64,000 bases of DNA from Phycisphaera mikurensis NBRC 102666 (GCF_000284115.1 NC_017080.1:3401534-3465533), one strand, 5' to 3'. Positions 9,575 to 19,147 are shown, counted from the stretch's first letter. Numbers and translations: made by a program. Notes: generated by a model from the sequence alone, not told the origin.

Positions 9575-10696
9575 ATGCCGCCCGACTCCCCCCAAGCCAA
9601 AGACACGGCGTTGCAGCCGGCCGGCCGGCAGACCTTCGCCGCCTTCGAGCTGGCGTCGGTCCTCAGCCACTACGACCTAGGCGTCATCGAGGAGATCCAC
9701 GAGTTCCCCAAAGGCTCGCGGAAGGCGCCCAAGCTGATCCTCAAGACCGACGCCGGCGAGTACCTGCTCAAGCGGCGGGCGCCATCGGCTTTCGACCGCG
9801 AGAAAGCGGCCTTCACGCACGGGCTGCAGGTGCACCTGGCGAACAAGGGCTTCCCGCTCCCGCGGCTGATGGTCACGCGGAGCCAGGAGCGCACGATGCT
9901 CCGCCTCTCCGAGCAGACCTACGAGGTGTTCCAGTACATCCGGGGCGACGCGTACGACTTCTCCCTGGACGCCACCCGCGACTCCGGCCAGACCCTGGGC
10001 ATCTTCCACGGGCTGCTGCAGAAGTACGCGAGCAACTACACGCCGCCCCGCGGGAGCTACCACGCGAGCCGGTCGGTGATGACCGCCCTGGGGATGCTCG
10101 AGGAGACCCTGACGCGGCACGCCGCCCGGGCCGCGCCGCCCGAAGCCGAGACGCTGGAGCGGATGAGCCCGCTGGACCGCTCGCCCGCGGAGCTCACCGC
10201 GCACCTGCGCTCGTGCTACGTCGACGCCGTGCGCAAGTGCGAGTCGCTGGGCATCAAGCGGTGGCCCAGCCAGGTGATCCACGCCGACTGGCACGGCGGG
10301 AACATGCTCTTCCGAGCCCGCCGCGTCGTCGCGGTGATCGACTACGACACCTCCCGCTACGGCCCGCGCGTCATCGACACCGCCAACGGGGCGCTGCAGT
10401 TCTCGATGAGCAGCGGCGGAGCCGACCCCACCGCCTGGGGCGACGGCATCGAGGAGGACCGCTTCGCGGCTTTCCTCTCCGGCTACGACGACGCCGAGAA
10501 CGACGTGCTCGCCCAGGCCGAGCTCGCGGCGATCCCGCACCTGATGATCGAGGCCCTGCTCGCCGAGAGCGTGCTGCCCATCGCCCAGACCGGCTTCTTC
10601 GCCCGCATGGACGGCCAGCCCTTCCTCTCGATGATCCGCCGGAAGGTCGGCTGGATCCGGGACCACGCGGAGCGGCTGGTCTCGCTGGTGGAGTAG
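9575..10696 (+). CDS. Phosphotransferase-family kinase (APH / homoserine-kinase-II fold); candidate sugar-1-kinase
   Basis: The Brenner motif 'VIHADWHGGNMLF' and the 'VIDYD' metal-binding motif are present. It sits directly downstream of manC. Confidence 0.7.
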   Translation: MPPDSPQAKDTALQPAGRQTFAAFELASVLSHYDLGVIEEIHEFPKGSRKAPKLILKTDAGEYLLKRRAPSAFDREKAAFTHGLQVHLANKGFPLPRLMVTRSQERTMLRLSEQTYEVFQYIRGDAYDFSLDATRDSGQTLGIFHGLLQKYASNYTPPRGSYHASRSVMTALGMLEETLTRHAARAAPPEAETLERMSPLDRSPAELTAHLRSCYVDAVRKCESLGIKRWPSQVIHADWHGGNMLFRARRVVAVIDYDTSRYGPRVIDTANGALQFSMSSGGADPTAWGDGIEEDRFAAFLSGYDDAENDVLAQAELAAIPHLMIEALLAESVLPIAQTGFFARMDGQPFLSMIRRKVGWIRDHAERLVSLVE

Positions 10697-10718
10697 CGGG
10701 CCGTACCGTCGGACGACC

Positions 10719-11543
10719 ATGAGGCCGCTTTTCTTGGATGCTCACCGGCTCGCGCTCGCCCTCGCGGTGGGGGCCGCGCTCGCCGCATCGCCGGCGACGG
10801 CGGACCCGGTGGCGGCGGGCGTGGTGGAGCGGCTGGACGCGGCCTCCTTCACCGAGCGGGAGGCGGCGACCCAGACGCTGATGGCGGACGCGACGCAGAC
10901 GCCCGACACGCTCGCGGCGTGGCTGCCCCTCACGCGGGACCGGCCCGAGGCCCGGGCCCGGCTGCTCGCGGCGATGCACCACCAGCACCTGCGGGAGGCG
11001 CGGCTCGCGCTGGAGGGGCCCGACGCCGGCGGCGGGCTGCTCCAGCGCGCCGGCCGGGCGACCCTCCGCGGCCCCGGGCCCGGGTCGCTGGGCGTCTCCC
11101 ACCGGGCCTTCCCCGCGGGCGCGATGCCGGGCGTGGACGAGCCCTCGATCGCGGTGGTCCGCACGCTGCCGGGCTTCCCCGCGCACGCGAAGCTGCGGGT
11201 GGGCGACCTGATCGTCGGCCTCAACGGCCGGCCGGTGGCGTGGCCCGAGCCGGCGTTTCCCGACGCCGAAGACCGGGCGAGGCGGCGCATCGAGGACCGG
11301 CGTCAGCGGCTGCTGGCCGACGCCGCCCGCGCCGCCACGCTCTTCAGCGAGGCGGTGCAGACCGCCGGCGCCGGCACGTCGATCACGCTCCGCGTCCTCC
11401 GCGACGGCGAGCCGATCGAGGTCGCGTTGACGCTGGCCCGCTCCGCAGCATTGCGGAGCCTGTACCCCGGCGACGGCAGCCGCGACCCCGACCTCGGCTG
11501 GGCCGCCCGCCGCGACGCCCTGCTCGCCGCAGCGGGCGGCTGA
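10719..11543 (+). CDS. Secreted PDZ-domain protein
   Basis: N-terminal signal peptide 'LALALAVGAALAASPATA'. A PDZ-like segment follows: 'AKLRVGDLIVGLNGRPV...ITLRVLRDGEPIEVALTL'. Confidence 0.5.
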   Translation: MRPLFLDAHRLALALAVGAALAASPATADPVAAGVVERLDAASFTEREAATQTLMADATQTPDTLAAWLPLTRDRPEARARLLAAMHHQHLREARLALEGPDAGGGLLQRAGRATLRGPGPGSLGVSHRAFPAGAMPGVDEPSIAVVRTLPGFPAHAKLRVGDLIVGLNGRPVAWPEPAFPDAEDRARRRIEDRRQRLLADAARAATLFSEAVQTAGAGTSITLRVLRDGEPIEVALTLARSAALRSLYPGDGSRDPDLGWAARRDALLAAAGG

Positions 11544-11653
11544 GGCCCGCCCGCGTCGCCGGCGATCCGACCGAGGCGCGTCGCCGGGGCGGGCGTGCCG
11601 CCGCGGACGGGACGCGGGCTACACTCCGTGCGTTCCTTTCAGTCGAGACCGAA

Positions 11654-12229
11654 ATGACCGACGATCCTGCCATCCTTGATCCCGACGGCGCCGCAGACCC
11701 GGTGATCTCGCCGGTGCAGCAGAAGCTGATCCTGCACTTCGGCGAGATGGGCGCCCGCTGGGGCGTCAACCGCACGGTGGCTCAGGTCCACGCGCTGCTC
11801 TACCTCGTGGAGCGGCCGCTGCCCGCCGACGCGATCTCGCGCGTCCTGCAGGTCGCCCGGAGCAACGTCTCGACGTCGATCCGCGAGCTGCTCGCGTGGG
11901 GCATCGTCCACCAGGTCTCGATCCTGGGCGAGCGGCGCGACCACTTCACGACGACCGCGGACGTGTGGGAGATGTTCCAGACGATCGTCGACGAGCGCAA
12001 GAAGCGGGAGCTGGACCCGACCCTGGAGCTGCTCGGCGAGCTGGTGAAGGAGGCCGAGGCTTCGGACGTCGAGAACGCCCACACCCGCCGGCGGCTCCGC
12101 GAACTGCACCAGATGCTCGGCAGCCTCGCCCGCTGGTACACGCAGGTCCGCCACCTGCCGCAGGGGGCGATCATCCGCTTCGTGAAGATGGGCTCGAAGG
12201 TGTTCACGCGGCTGGGGATCGCCTCGTGA
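11654..12229 (+). CDS. GbsR/MarR-type winged-helix transcriptional regulator
   Basis: ATG at 11654 inside track ORF 10919..12229. 'QQKLILHFGEMGARWGVNRTVAQVHALLYLVERPLPADAISRVLQVARSNVSTSIRELLAWGIV' matches the GbsR-family HTH. Confidence 0.6.
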   Translation: MTDDPAILDPDGAADPVISPVQQKLILHFGEMGARWGVNRTVAQVHALLYLVERPLPADAISRVLQVARSNVSTSIRELLAWGIVHQVSILGERRDHFTTTADVWEMFQTIVDERKKRELDPTLELLGELVKEAEASDVENAHTRRRLRELHQMLGSLARWYTQVRHLPQGAIIRFVKMGSKVFTRLGIAS

Positions 12230-12909
12230 AGCCGGCCGCCCCCCGCTTCGGCATCGCCGCTGTGCACCACCGCCTCACGCGCGGCGTGCTCGACGCCGCG
12301 GACCGCCGCCTCCCGGCGGGCTTTGAGCCCGCGGTCCGCGGCGGCTTCCACCTCGTCGACACGCTGGAGCTGCGCCTGCTCGGGGCACCGGCCGGGGAGC
12401 CGCCGGTGCGGGTCCACCGCGTCCGCGTGAACGCGATGACCCACGCCGGCGACCTGCTCCGCGGCGGCTGGCCGCTGGCGATCACCGCCGGCCCGACGGG
12501 CCGGGACGTGCTCGCGCGGCTGCTCGGGCCGCTCGGCGAAGCCGGCGAGGGCCATCAAGAGCCGCCGCGGCTTCCTCGCGGGGATGCCGGCCCCTCGATC
12601 TACCCGCTGCTGGCCGACCGCGTGGCCGCCGCCGACCCGCTCGCGCCCTGGCTGCTCCCGCTGCGCGGCGGCCGCGTCCGGCGTCTTCGCTTCGCCGCCC
12701 CCGCGGGCGGCTTCGCCGTGGCGGAGGCACCCGGCACGGACCCGTTCTGGGCGGCGCTGCCCGCGGCCGCCGGCTTTGGCGAAGCCGCGGCCGAGTCGCG
12801 CGTCACCGCCGACGCCGTCCCGCTGCGCTGGAGCGTCGACCGGCCGCGCCCGCTGCTCGGCGTCGCCTTCCGCCCCGCCGCCCGCCGCCGCATCGCCGCC
12901 GTGGCGTAG
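12226..12909 (+). CDS. Hypothetical protein, translationally coupled to the upstream regulator
   Basis: GTG at 12226 overlaps the regulator stop (GTGA). Composition is only moderately protein-like and I recognise no motif. Confidence 0.3.
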   Translation: MKPAAPRFGIAAVHHRLTRGVLDAADRRLPAGFEPAVRGGFHLVDTLELRLLGAPAGEPPVRVHRVRVNAMTHAGDLLRGGWPLAITAGPTGRDVLARLLGPLGEAGEGHQEPPRLPRGDAGPSIYPLLADRVAAADPLAPWLLPLRGGRVRRLRFAAPAGGFAVAEAPGTDPFWAALPAAAGFGEAAAESRVTADAVPLRWSVDRPRPLLGVAFRPAARRRIAAVA

Positions 12910-12921
12910 AAGAAGAAGGCC

Positions 12922-13083
12922 ATGGAGCGGTACCTCTTCCTGATCGTCCTGACGCCCTGCCTCCTCCCGGTCCTGGGGTTGGTCCTGCTGGCATTGGCCG
13001 CTCTTTGGCGCACGCTGCAAGACGACCGCCGCCGCCGCAAGGCCCTCGATTCCGCGGATCGTGGCCCGCATGGCTCCGAATGA
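12922..13083 (+). CDS. Possible small membrane protein (53 aa)
   Basis: ATG 12922 to TGA 13081-13083. A single hydrophobic helix 'YLFLIVLTPCLLPVLGLVLLALAALW' is followed by an RRRRK stop-transfer. It is too short for the ORF track. Confidence 0.2.
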   Translation: MERYLFLIVLTPCLLPVLGLVLLALAALWRTLQDDRRRRKALDSADRGPHGSE

Positions 13084-13299
13084 GCGACGGTCCGCGGGAA
13101 CGTGGATCGAAACCGCGGAAGGAAGCGGCCGGCAGCAGGTTCGTCCCTGCGGGAGCACGGATTCTCGAGCGTGCTCTCTGGCCATCGCCCCCGCAGGGCG
13201 GGCTGTGCCCGCGGCAAGGGTGCTGGGTGCCGCGTCCACGCGGCTCCCGCCCTGCGCGAGGCCGGCACGGGGGAGCGTGCCGCGCATCGGCACCAACGT

Positions 13300-14376
13300 C
13301 TAGATCCACCTCTTCCAGCGGAACCAGCCGAGCAGCCCGAGCATCGAGCCGCCGCAGAGGAACACGAAGATCCAGAAGCCGTAGGGACTGTCGGACAGCG
13401 GGAGCTGCGCAAAGTTCATCCCGAAGACGCCGGCGAAGAAGCTCGCGGGGATGAACAGCGAGGCGATGACGGTGAGCACCTTCATCACCTCGTTCATGCG
13501 GGTGCTCATCGCGTTCATCCAGGTGTCGGCCAGCCCGCTGGCGGACTCGCGGTGGACCTCCAGCGCCTCCATCGCCTGGACCGCGTGGTCGTGGACGTCG
13601 CGCAGGAACAGCCGCGTCGTCTCGTCGATCAGCTCCGGGTCGATCTCGCCGAGGTTGCGCAGCATGTCGCGCATGGGCGCCAGCTCGCGGCGGGTGTGGA
13701 CCAGCTCGCGCTTGAGGTCGTGGACGACGCCGATCACGTGCTCGTCGGGGTCGGTGTAGATGCGGTCCTCGATCGCCTCGATCCGCTCGGCGTGGTGCTC
13801 GAGCACGGGGAAGACCGCGTCGGCGATCGCGTCGAGCAGGGCGTAGAGGAGGAAGGGGGCGCCGTTCTGCCGCAGCCGCGACTTCTTCCGAGAGATCCGC
13901 GTCCGCACCTGGTCCCAGACGTCGCCGGGCTCCTCCGTGAAGGTGATGAGCACCCGGGGCCCCAGGAAGAAGCTCACCTGCTCGGAGAGCACGGCGGCGT
14001 GCTCGGGCCCGTCGGGGGTGTGGGCCTCGCCGGCGGCCTCCCGCAGGCGGACCATGCGGGCGACCAGAAACAGCCGCAGGTTCTCGGGGTCGTCGCTGTC
14101 GAAGATCTCCGCCTTGCTCCGCTGGTTCGTGTGGACGACGTCCTCCATCGCCAGCGGATGCAGGCCGTAGCGCTTCGCGAGGCCGGCGAGGGCGGCGGGA
14201 TCGTCCACGCGGTCGACGTGGATCCAGCGGACGGTGACGCCCTCGGGCGGCGGGCGGTGCAGCTCCTCGGCGGCGGGCACGACGCGCACGTCGTGCAGGT
14301 CGGGGCCGTAGTCGGTGCGGGTGATGACCGCCGCGTGCGCGGCGGGCGTCATCTTCGCCAGCTGCTCGGGCGTCAT
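13300..14376 (-). CDS. corA: Magnesium/cobalt transporter CorA
   Basis: The GMN signature 'GVFGMNF' sits before the last two TM helices. The start 'MTPEQLAKMTP' (cat at 14374-14376) was chosen to avoid a 115-nt overlap with xylB; the track start at 14652 is probably an over-extension. Confidence 0.8.
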   Translation of the reverse strand: MTPEQLAKMTPAAHAAVITRTDYGPDLHDVRVVPAAEELHRPPPEGVTVRWIHVDRVDDPAALAGLAKRYGLHPLAMEDVVHTNQRSKAEIFDSDDPENLRLFLVARMVRLREAAGEAHTPDGPEHAAVLSEQVSFFLGPRVLITFTEEPGDVWDQVRTRISRKKSRLRQNGAPFLLYALLDAIADAVFPVLEHHAERIEAIEDRIYTDPDEHVIGVVHDLKRELVHTRRELAPMRDMLRNLGEIDPELIDETTRLFLRDVHDHAVQAMEALEVHRESASGLADTWMNAMSTRMNEVMKVLTVIASLFIPASFFAGVFGMNFAQLPLSDSPYGFWIFVFLCGGSMLGLLGWFRWKRWI

Positions 14377-14536
14377 GCCCGGGGTGGAGCCGGGCGTGGT
14401 GCGGTGGCGGGCGGCGGCGGGCGGGCGGCGTAGCGGCGCGGTGGCGACGGTGCGGATGCCACGGCCCGCCGCGTCGCCGAGGCGGTTGACGGCGCGGCGG
14501 GCCTCGCGGAAGGCCCGCAGGCCCGGAGCGTGTCGC

Positions 14537-16081
14537 TCAGGCCGCCGCATTCTCGCTCCTCGCAGCAAGCCGCGGGAACTCCGGCCGCAGCGCCGCGTAG
14601 AGACGGTCGTGCTGCGCCATCCGGCAGGCGTGCCGCTTCGTCGCGGCTTCATCGGGCTCCTGCCGCGTGCTCTCCTCGATGCCGGCGGTGGCCTCCTGGA
14701 CCGACGACCACACGCCGGCGCCCACGCCGGCGAGCAGCGCCACGCCGTAGGCCGGCGCGTCGGCCGCGGCGTTGGTGAGCACCGTGGGCGCGTCGGCCGC
14801 GTCGGCGAGGACCTGCCGCCACAACCCCGAGCGGCTCCCGCCGCCGGCCATCCGCAGCCGGTCCACCGGGAGCTTCAGCTGCTCGCGGAGCAGCTTCACC
14901 TGCACGGCCATGCCGTAGCCCACGCCCTCGAGCAGCGCCCGCGTCATCGCCCCGCGCCCGTGCGAGGGGTTCAGGCCCAGGAAGCAGCCGCGGGCGTCGG
15001 GATCGGGGTGGGGGCACCGCTCACCGGTCAGGTAGGGAAGGAAGTACAGCCCGTCGGTGGCCGAGGCGCCGGCTTTCTCGGCCTCCTTCACGAGATCCCC
15101 GACCTCCGTGCCCTCCGCGACCGCTTCGTTCCACCACGCGAGGCTCCCGGCGGCCGAGAGCATGCAGCCGAAGACGCACCAGGCCCCTTCCACCGCGTGG
15201 CACATCGTGTGCAGCCGGCCCCCGGGCTCGGCCTCGAAGCGGTCGGCGTGGGCGAAGACCACGCCGGAGGTGCCCAGCGTCGCCGACGCGAGGCCGGCCC
15301 TCACGATGCCCATGCCGATCGCGCCCGCGGCCTGGTCGCCCGCCCCGCCGACCACCGGCGTGCCGGAAGCGATGCCCAGCGAGCGGGCGGCGCCCGCGGT
15401 CAACCCGCCGGTGGGCGAGTGGGAGTCGTCCGCGCAGACGGGCAGCAGGTCGGGGTCCAGGCCGAGCTTCTGGATCAACTTCCGGTGCCAGCGCCGCTTC
15501 TTCACGTGGTACAGCCCCGTGCCCGAGGCGTCGCTGGGCTCGGCCGCCAGCTCGTGGGTGAGCCGGTAGCGGACGTAGTCCTTGGGGAGCAGCAGCTTCT
15601 TCGTAGCGCCCCACACATCGGGCTCGTGCTCCCGCACCCACAGCGCTTTGGGCGCCTGGAAGCCGGGCAGCGCCGGGCTGCCGGTCCGGGCGATCAGCTT
15701 CTTCCGCCCGCCGGCGGCGTCGACGACGTCGCCGCACTGCGGCACCGCCCGCTGGTCGTTCCAGAGGATCGCCGGCCGCAGCGGCACGAGGTCCGCGCCG
15801 CGGGCGCCCTTCTTCTTGTCGCCCAGAAACACGGCGCCGTGCATCTGCCCCGAGAGGCCGATCGCCTTCACGTCGTCCTTGCCCAGCTCCGCCTCGCTCA
15901 TCACCGCCCGGGTCGCTCTGCCCACGGCCGTCCACCACTTCGCCGCGTCCTGCTCGCTGTGCCCCGGCGCCGGCCGCTGCACCGTGTGCCGTGCCGTCGC
16001 GCCCGCGAGCACGCGGCCGTCCTCGTCGATGAGCAGGGCTTTGGTGCCGGAGGTTCCGATGTCGAGTCCGAGGAGAGGCAT
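14537..16081 (-). CDS. xylB: Xylulokinase (FGGY carbohydrate kinase family)
   Basis: 'LGLDIGTSGTKALLIDEDG', 'GTSGVVF' and 'MAGGGSRSGLWRQVLADA' are FGGY signatures. Length is 514 aa. Confidence 0.85.
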   Translation of the reverse strand: MPLLGLDIGTSGTKALLIDEDGRVLAGATARHTVQRPAPGHSEQDAAKWWTAVGRATRAVMSEAELGKDDVKAIGLSGQMHGAVFLGDKKKGARGADLVPLRPAILWNDQRAVPQCGDVVDAAGGRKKLIARTGSPALPGFQAPKALWVREHEPDVWGATKKLLLPKDYVRYRLTHELAAEPSDASGTGLYHVKKRRWHRKLIQKLGLDPDLLPVCADDSHSPTGGLTAGAARSLGIASGTPVVGGAGDQAAGAIGMGIVRAGLASATLGTSGVVFAHADRFEAEPGGRLHTMCHAVEGAWCVFGCMLSAAGSLAWWNEAVAEGTEVGDLVKEAEKAGASATDGLYFLPYLTGERCPHPDPDARGCFLGLNPSHGRGAMTRALLEGVGYGMAVQVKLLREQLKLPVDRLRMAGGGSRSGLWRQVLADAADAPTVLTNAAADAPAYGVALLAGVGAGVWSSVQEATAGIEESTRQEPDEAATKRHACRMAQHDRLYAALRPEFPRLAARSENAAA

Positions 16082-16094
16082 GGGGGGGAGACTA

Positions 16095-16340
16095 AAGGAG
16101 CGGCCTGCGGCCGCGGCTTTTTCTGGAAGAGACGAAGAGACGAAGAGACGCGGCGGGCGCGGATCGGGAACCCGAATCAGGTTGCCGCTCCTGGCAGATC
16201 CACGCGCGCGGAGCCGCCACGCGCAGAGACGAAGTCAGCAAGATCAAGAACGCCGCGCGGAGCAACGACGCGCGTTGCCTGTCTCCGTCTCTTCGTCTCT
16301 CCGTCTCTTCGTCTCTCCGCCCCCCTCCCGTCTAGCCTCC
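16095..16340. repeat. Inverted repeats of (AGAGACGA)n around a roughly 150-bp core in the xylB / M48-peptidase divergent intergenic region
   Basis: 'gagacgaagagacgaagagacgcggcggg' at about 16117-16150 and its reverse complement 'gtctccgtctcttcgtctctccgtctcttcgtctctccgcc' at about 16282-16322 can be read directly in the sequence. Confidence 0.5.
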
Positions 16341-16369
16341 CCCGCCCACGCCCAAAAGGACGATCCTTC

Positions 16370-17233
16370 ATGCGATTCCGAACCCACCGATCCCGTGGCC
16401 GCGGCGCCTCCTCCCTGCTCGGGGGGCGCGGCGGCTCGCTCAAGATGCGGCTGTTGATCGGCGGCGGGCTCGCGCTGGTGGCGCTGTTCAGCTACTGGAC
16501 CGCGTCGGACGTGAACCCGATCACCGGCGAGAGCCAGCGGATCTCGATGGAAGAGGTCGAGGAGGTGCGGCTGGGCCTCGCCAGCGCCCCGCAGATGGCG
16601 TCGGAGTTCGGTGGCGTCTCCAGCAACGCGCAGGGCCAGCGCCTGCTCGAAGAGATCGGCAGACGCCTCGTCGCGGCGATCCCGGAGGTGTACCCCCAGG
16701 CCGGCGAGATCCCCTGGGAGTTCAGCTTCACGCTGCTCGAGGACGACCAGACGGTGAACGCGTTTGCGCTGCCCGGCGGCCCGACCTTCATCACCGACGC
16801 GCTCTTCGACCGGCTCGAGACCGAGGACGAACTCGCCGGCGTCATGGGCCACGAGATCGTGCACGTGATCCAGCGGCACGGGGCTGAGCGGATGCACAAG
16901 CAGAACCTCCTGCAGGGGCTCGCCGGCGCCGCCGTCGCGGGCACGGGCGAGTACACGGCCGCCGAGGTCGTCAGCTTCGTCGGCAACTTCAAGATGATGA
17001 GCTACGGCCGCGACCAGGAGACGCAGTGCGACCTGGAGGGTCTCAAGCTGATGGCCGCCGCCGGCTACGACCCCTACGGCATGGTCCGCGTGATGGAGGT
17101 GCTGGCCGGCGCCAGCGGCGGGGCGAGCGGGCCGGAGTGGGCCAGCAGCCACCCGTCCCCGGAGGGTCGGATCGAGACGATCAAGCGGGAGATCCAGCGG
17201 CTCGGGCTGGGGGATCGAGCCGGGGTCCGGTAG
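16370..17233 (+). CDS. M48-family zinc metallopeptidase (HtpX/BepA-like) with an N-terminal TM anchor
   Basis: ATG at 16370 inside track ORF 14315..17233. TM 'LLIGGGLALVALFSYW', the zincin motif 'GHEIVHVIQRHGAE', and a downstream 'E' and 'SSHPSPEGRIE'. Confidence 0.8.
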   Translation: MRFRTHRSRGRGASSLLGGRGGSLKMRLLIGGGLALVALFSYWTASDVNPITGESQRISMEEVEEVRLGLASAPQMASEFGGVSSNAQGQRLLEEIGRRLVAAIPEVYPQAGEIPWEFSFTLLEDDQTVNAFALPGGPTFITDALFDRLETEDELAGVMGHEIVHVIQRHGAERMHKQNLLQGLAGAAVAGTGEYTAAEVVSFVGNFKMMSYGRDQETQCDLEGLKLMAAAGYDPYGMVRVMEVLAGASGGASGPEWASSHPSPEGRIETIKREIQRLGLGDRAGVR

Positions 17234-17386
17234 GGTGAGCGGATGGGCTCGTCCGCCTCGCTCCAGCAGCTCCAGGCCCGACCGGGATCCGGCGGACCGC
17301 CTGGGCTCGAGCACCTCCGCACCCCCTCCCGCGACCTCCGCCTCGGCTGAGCCGGCCGCCCGCGCCCCCGCCGCAGGCGGAACCGA

Positions 17387-18352
17387 ATGCCCGACCCCCT
17401 GGTCATCATCGGCGACGCCGCGTGCGACGCCCGCGACTCCGCGAAGCGGGCGGGTTTCGAGCCGGTGGAGCTGCTGGGCGAGGAAGCGCTGCGTCGGCTC
17501 CGCGAGACGCCCGCCGACGCGCCGGTGCTCTTCACCGGCGCGATGGAGAACCGGCCCGACGTCATGAAAGCGATCGCGGGCGAGCGTCGGCTGCTCGGCA
17601 GCCCGCCGGCCGCGGTGGCCGCCGTGCGGGACCCCGCGGCGCTCACCGACCTGCCGCCGTTCCCCGGGCTGCGCTTCCCGAAGACGAAGCCGCGGATCGG
17701 CGTTCTCGAGCGGGTCGTCCGCCGGATCGTCCCCGGCAAAATCGGCTCGCTCTACCTCGTCAAGCCGCTGGGTTCCTTCGGCGGGGAGGGCATCCGGCCG
17801 TGGAGCCGCAAGTCCCGCGTGCCGCCGGGCAGCTACCTCCAGCAGGCGGTCGAGGGCACGCCGATGTGCGCCGTGTACCAGAGCCGAGAGGGCTGGTCGG
17901 CCGTCCTCGCGGGCGTCACCGAGCAGCTCATCGGCGAGCCGAAGCTCGGTGCCGGTTGGTACGGGTGGTGCGGGAGCATCGGGCCGGTCGCGCTGTCGAC
18001 GCGCGAGCGCGACGCGCTCTCGCACCTGGGCGTCGTGCTCGCCCAGCGGCACGACCTCCGCGGCGTCTTCGGCGTCGACCTCATCCGCGACCGCGCCGGC
18101 GATTGGTGGCCGGTGGAGGTGAACCCTCGATACGTTCCCTCGGTCGACGTGCTCGAACGCGCGGCGTCGGGCCAGAGCCTGCTGGGGGGCCGCCCCGCCG
18201 TGCCCAACGGCGGCGTGCAGCACGGTCTCGCGGTCGAGCACGACGCGGATCACCCCGCCGGCCGCGGTGCACGCTTCGTCGCGAGCGGCGCCGACCGTGC
18301 CGCCTGCTTCGGTTCGCTGCTGGCCGCCGCTACACGCTCACGCGGGGCTTGA
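17387..18352 (+). CDS. ATP-grasp superfamily protein (COG2232-like predicted carboligase)
   Basis: 'GDWWPVEVNPRY' and the preceding 'GVFGVDLI' resemble the ATP-grasp C-terminal subdomain. The N-terminal pre-ATP-grasp region fits. Assignment is from motif memory only. Confidence 0.5.
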   Translation: MPDPLVIIGDAACDARDSAKRAGFEPVELLGEEALRRLRETPADAPVLFTGAMENRPDVMKAIAGERRLLGSPPAAVAAVRDPAALTDLPPFPGLRFPKTKPRIGVLERVVRRIVPGKIGSLYLVKPLGSFGGEGIRPWSRKSRVPPGSYLQQAVEGTPMCAVYQSREGWSAVLAGVTEQLIGEPKLGAGWYGWCGSIGPVALSTRERDALSHLGVVLAQRHDLRGVFGVDLIRDRAGDWWPVEVNPRYVPSVDVLERAASGQSLLGGRPAVPNGGVQHGLAVEHDADHPAGRGARFVASGADRAACFGSLLAAATRSRGA

Positions 18353-18971
18353 GCTTCTTGAACAGCGCCGGGCCGATGCCCGACACCTCTTGAAGCTCGT
18401 CCACGGAGGCGAACGGCCGCCGCGCCAGGATCGCCGTCGCCGTCGCCGGACCCAGGCCCGGCAGCGCCGCAAGCTCGCGCTCGTCCGCCTCGTTGAGGTC
18501 CACGCGTCCGGCGGCGCCTCCACCCGACGCGGCTGGGTCGGCGGCGGCCCGCGGGCCGGTGGACCGCTTCGCCGGCCGCTTCTTGGGCCGCCCCGCGGCC
18601 GCCGATTTCTTCCCCGCGGGACGCGGCGCGGCGGCCGGTTCGTCGTCCTCCTCGTCGTCGCCGAGCACCGCCACGACGGCCGCGGCGACGCCCGCCGCGA
18701 GCACGGCTCCAAGCGAAACCGCCGCCACCACCTGCAGCGTCGTCAACCCGCCGACCAGCCCGCTCTCAGAGTCGCCGGTGCCTGCGGCCGACCCGTGCCG
18801 GGGAGCGGCACCGGCGAGCGGCTCCCGCGGGAGCGGGCCGCGGGTGGAGGTGCTTTCGGCGGTGCGGCGTGGGGCCGCGCCCGCCCCAGCGCCGGCGTGG
18901 TGGTCGGTCTGCGGGATGGGCATGGCGGCCGGGTCCGCGTCGTCGTCTCGCTCGGGGAGGGGCTTGGGCAT
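18330..18971 (-). CDS. comEA: ComEA-like helix-hairpin-helix DNA-binding protein
   Basis: The C-terminus 'VDLNEADERELAALPGLGPATATAILARRPFASVDELQEVSGIGPALFKKL' is a tandem HhH ComEA motif. A TM helix sits upstream. Start taken at 'MPKPLPE' (cat 18969-18971). Confidence 0.65.
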   Translation of the reverse strand: MPKPLPERDDDADPAAMPIPQTDHHAGAGAGAAPRRTAESTSTRGPLPREPLAGAAPRHGSAAGTGDSESGLVGGLTTLQVVAAVSLGAVLAAGVAAAVVAVLGDDEEDDEPAAAPRPAGKKSAAAGRPKKRPAKRSTGPRAAADPAASGGGAAGRVDLNEADERELAALPGLGPATATAILARRPFASVDELQEVSGIGPALFKKLKPRVSV

Positions 18972-19147
18972 GCCGGACGCTACGCGCCGGAAGGATGCCA
19001 GGCGCGGCGGCCGCGGAGGCGACGCGAGCCCCGCCGCACCCCCTCCACCACGCGTGGCAGGCGGACGGCCCGGGATCGGCGCCCGGAGATCCACCCAATT
19101 CTGCGGCTTCGCTCACCCTTTGCTCACGCAACGCTCATACTCGATGG

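Noticed and set aside
8127-9680. 517-aa plus-strand and 462-aa minus-strand ORFs overlapping manC
   Set aside because: These are alternative-frame artefacts. manC carries a clear nucleotidyltransferase motif in its own frame.
13102-14433. 443-aa plus-strand ORF
   Set aside because: It is antisense to corA, with low-complexity Arg/Gly/Asp composition and no start-site support.
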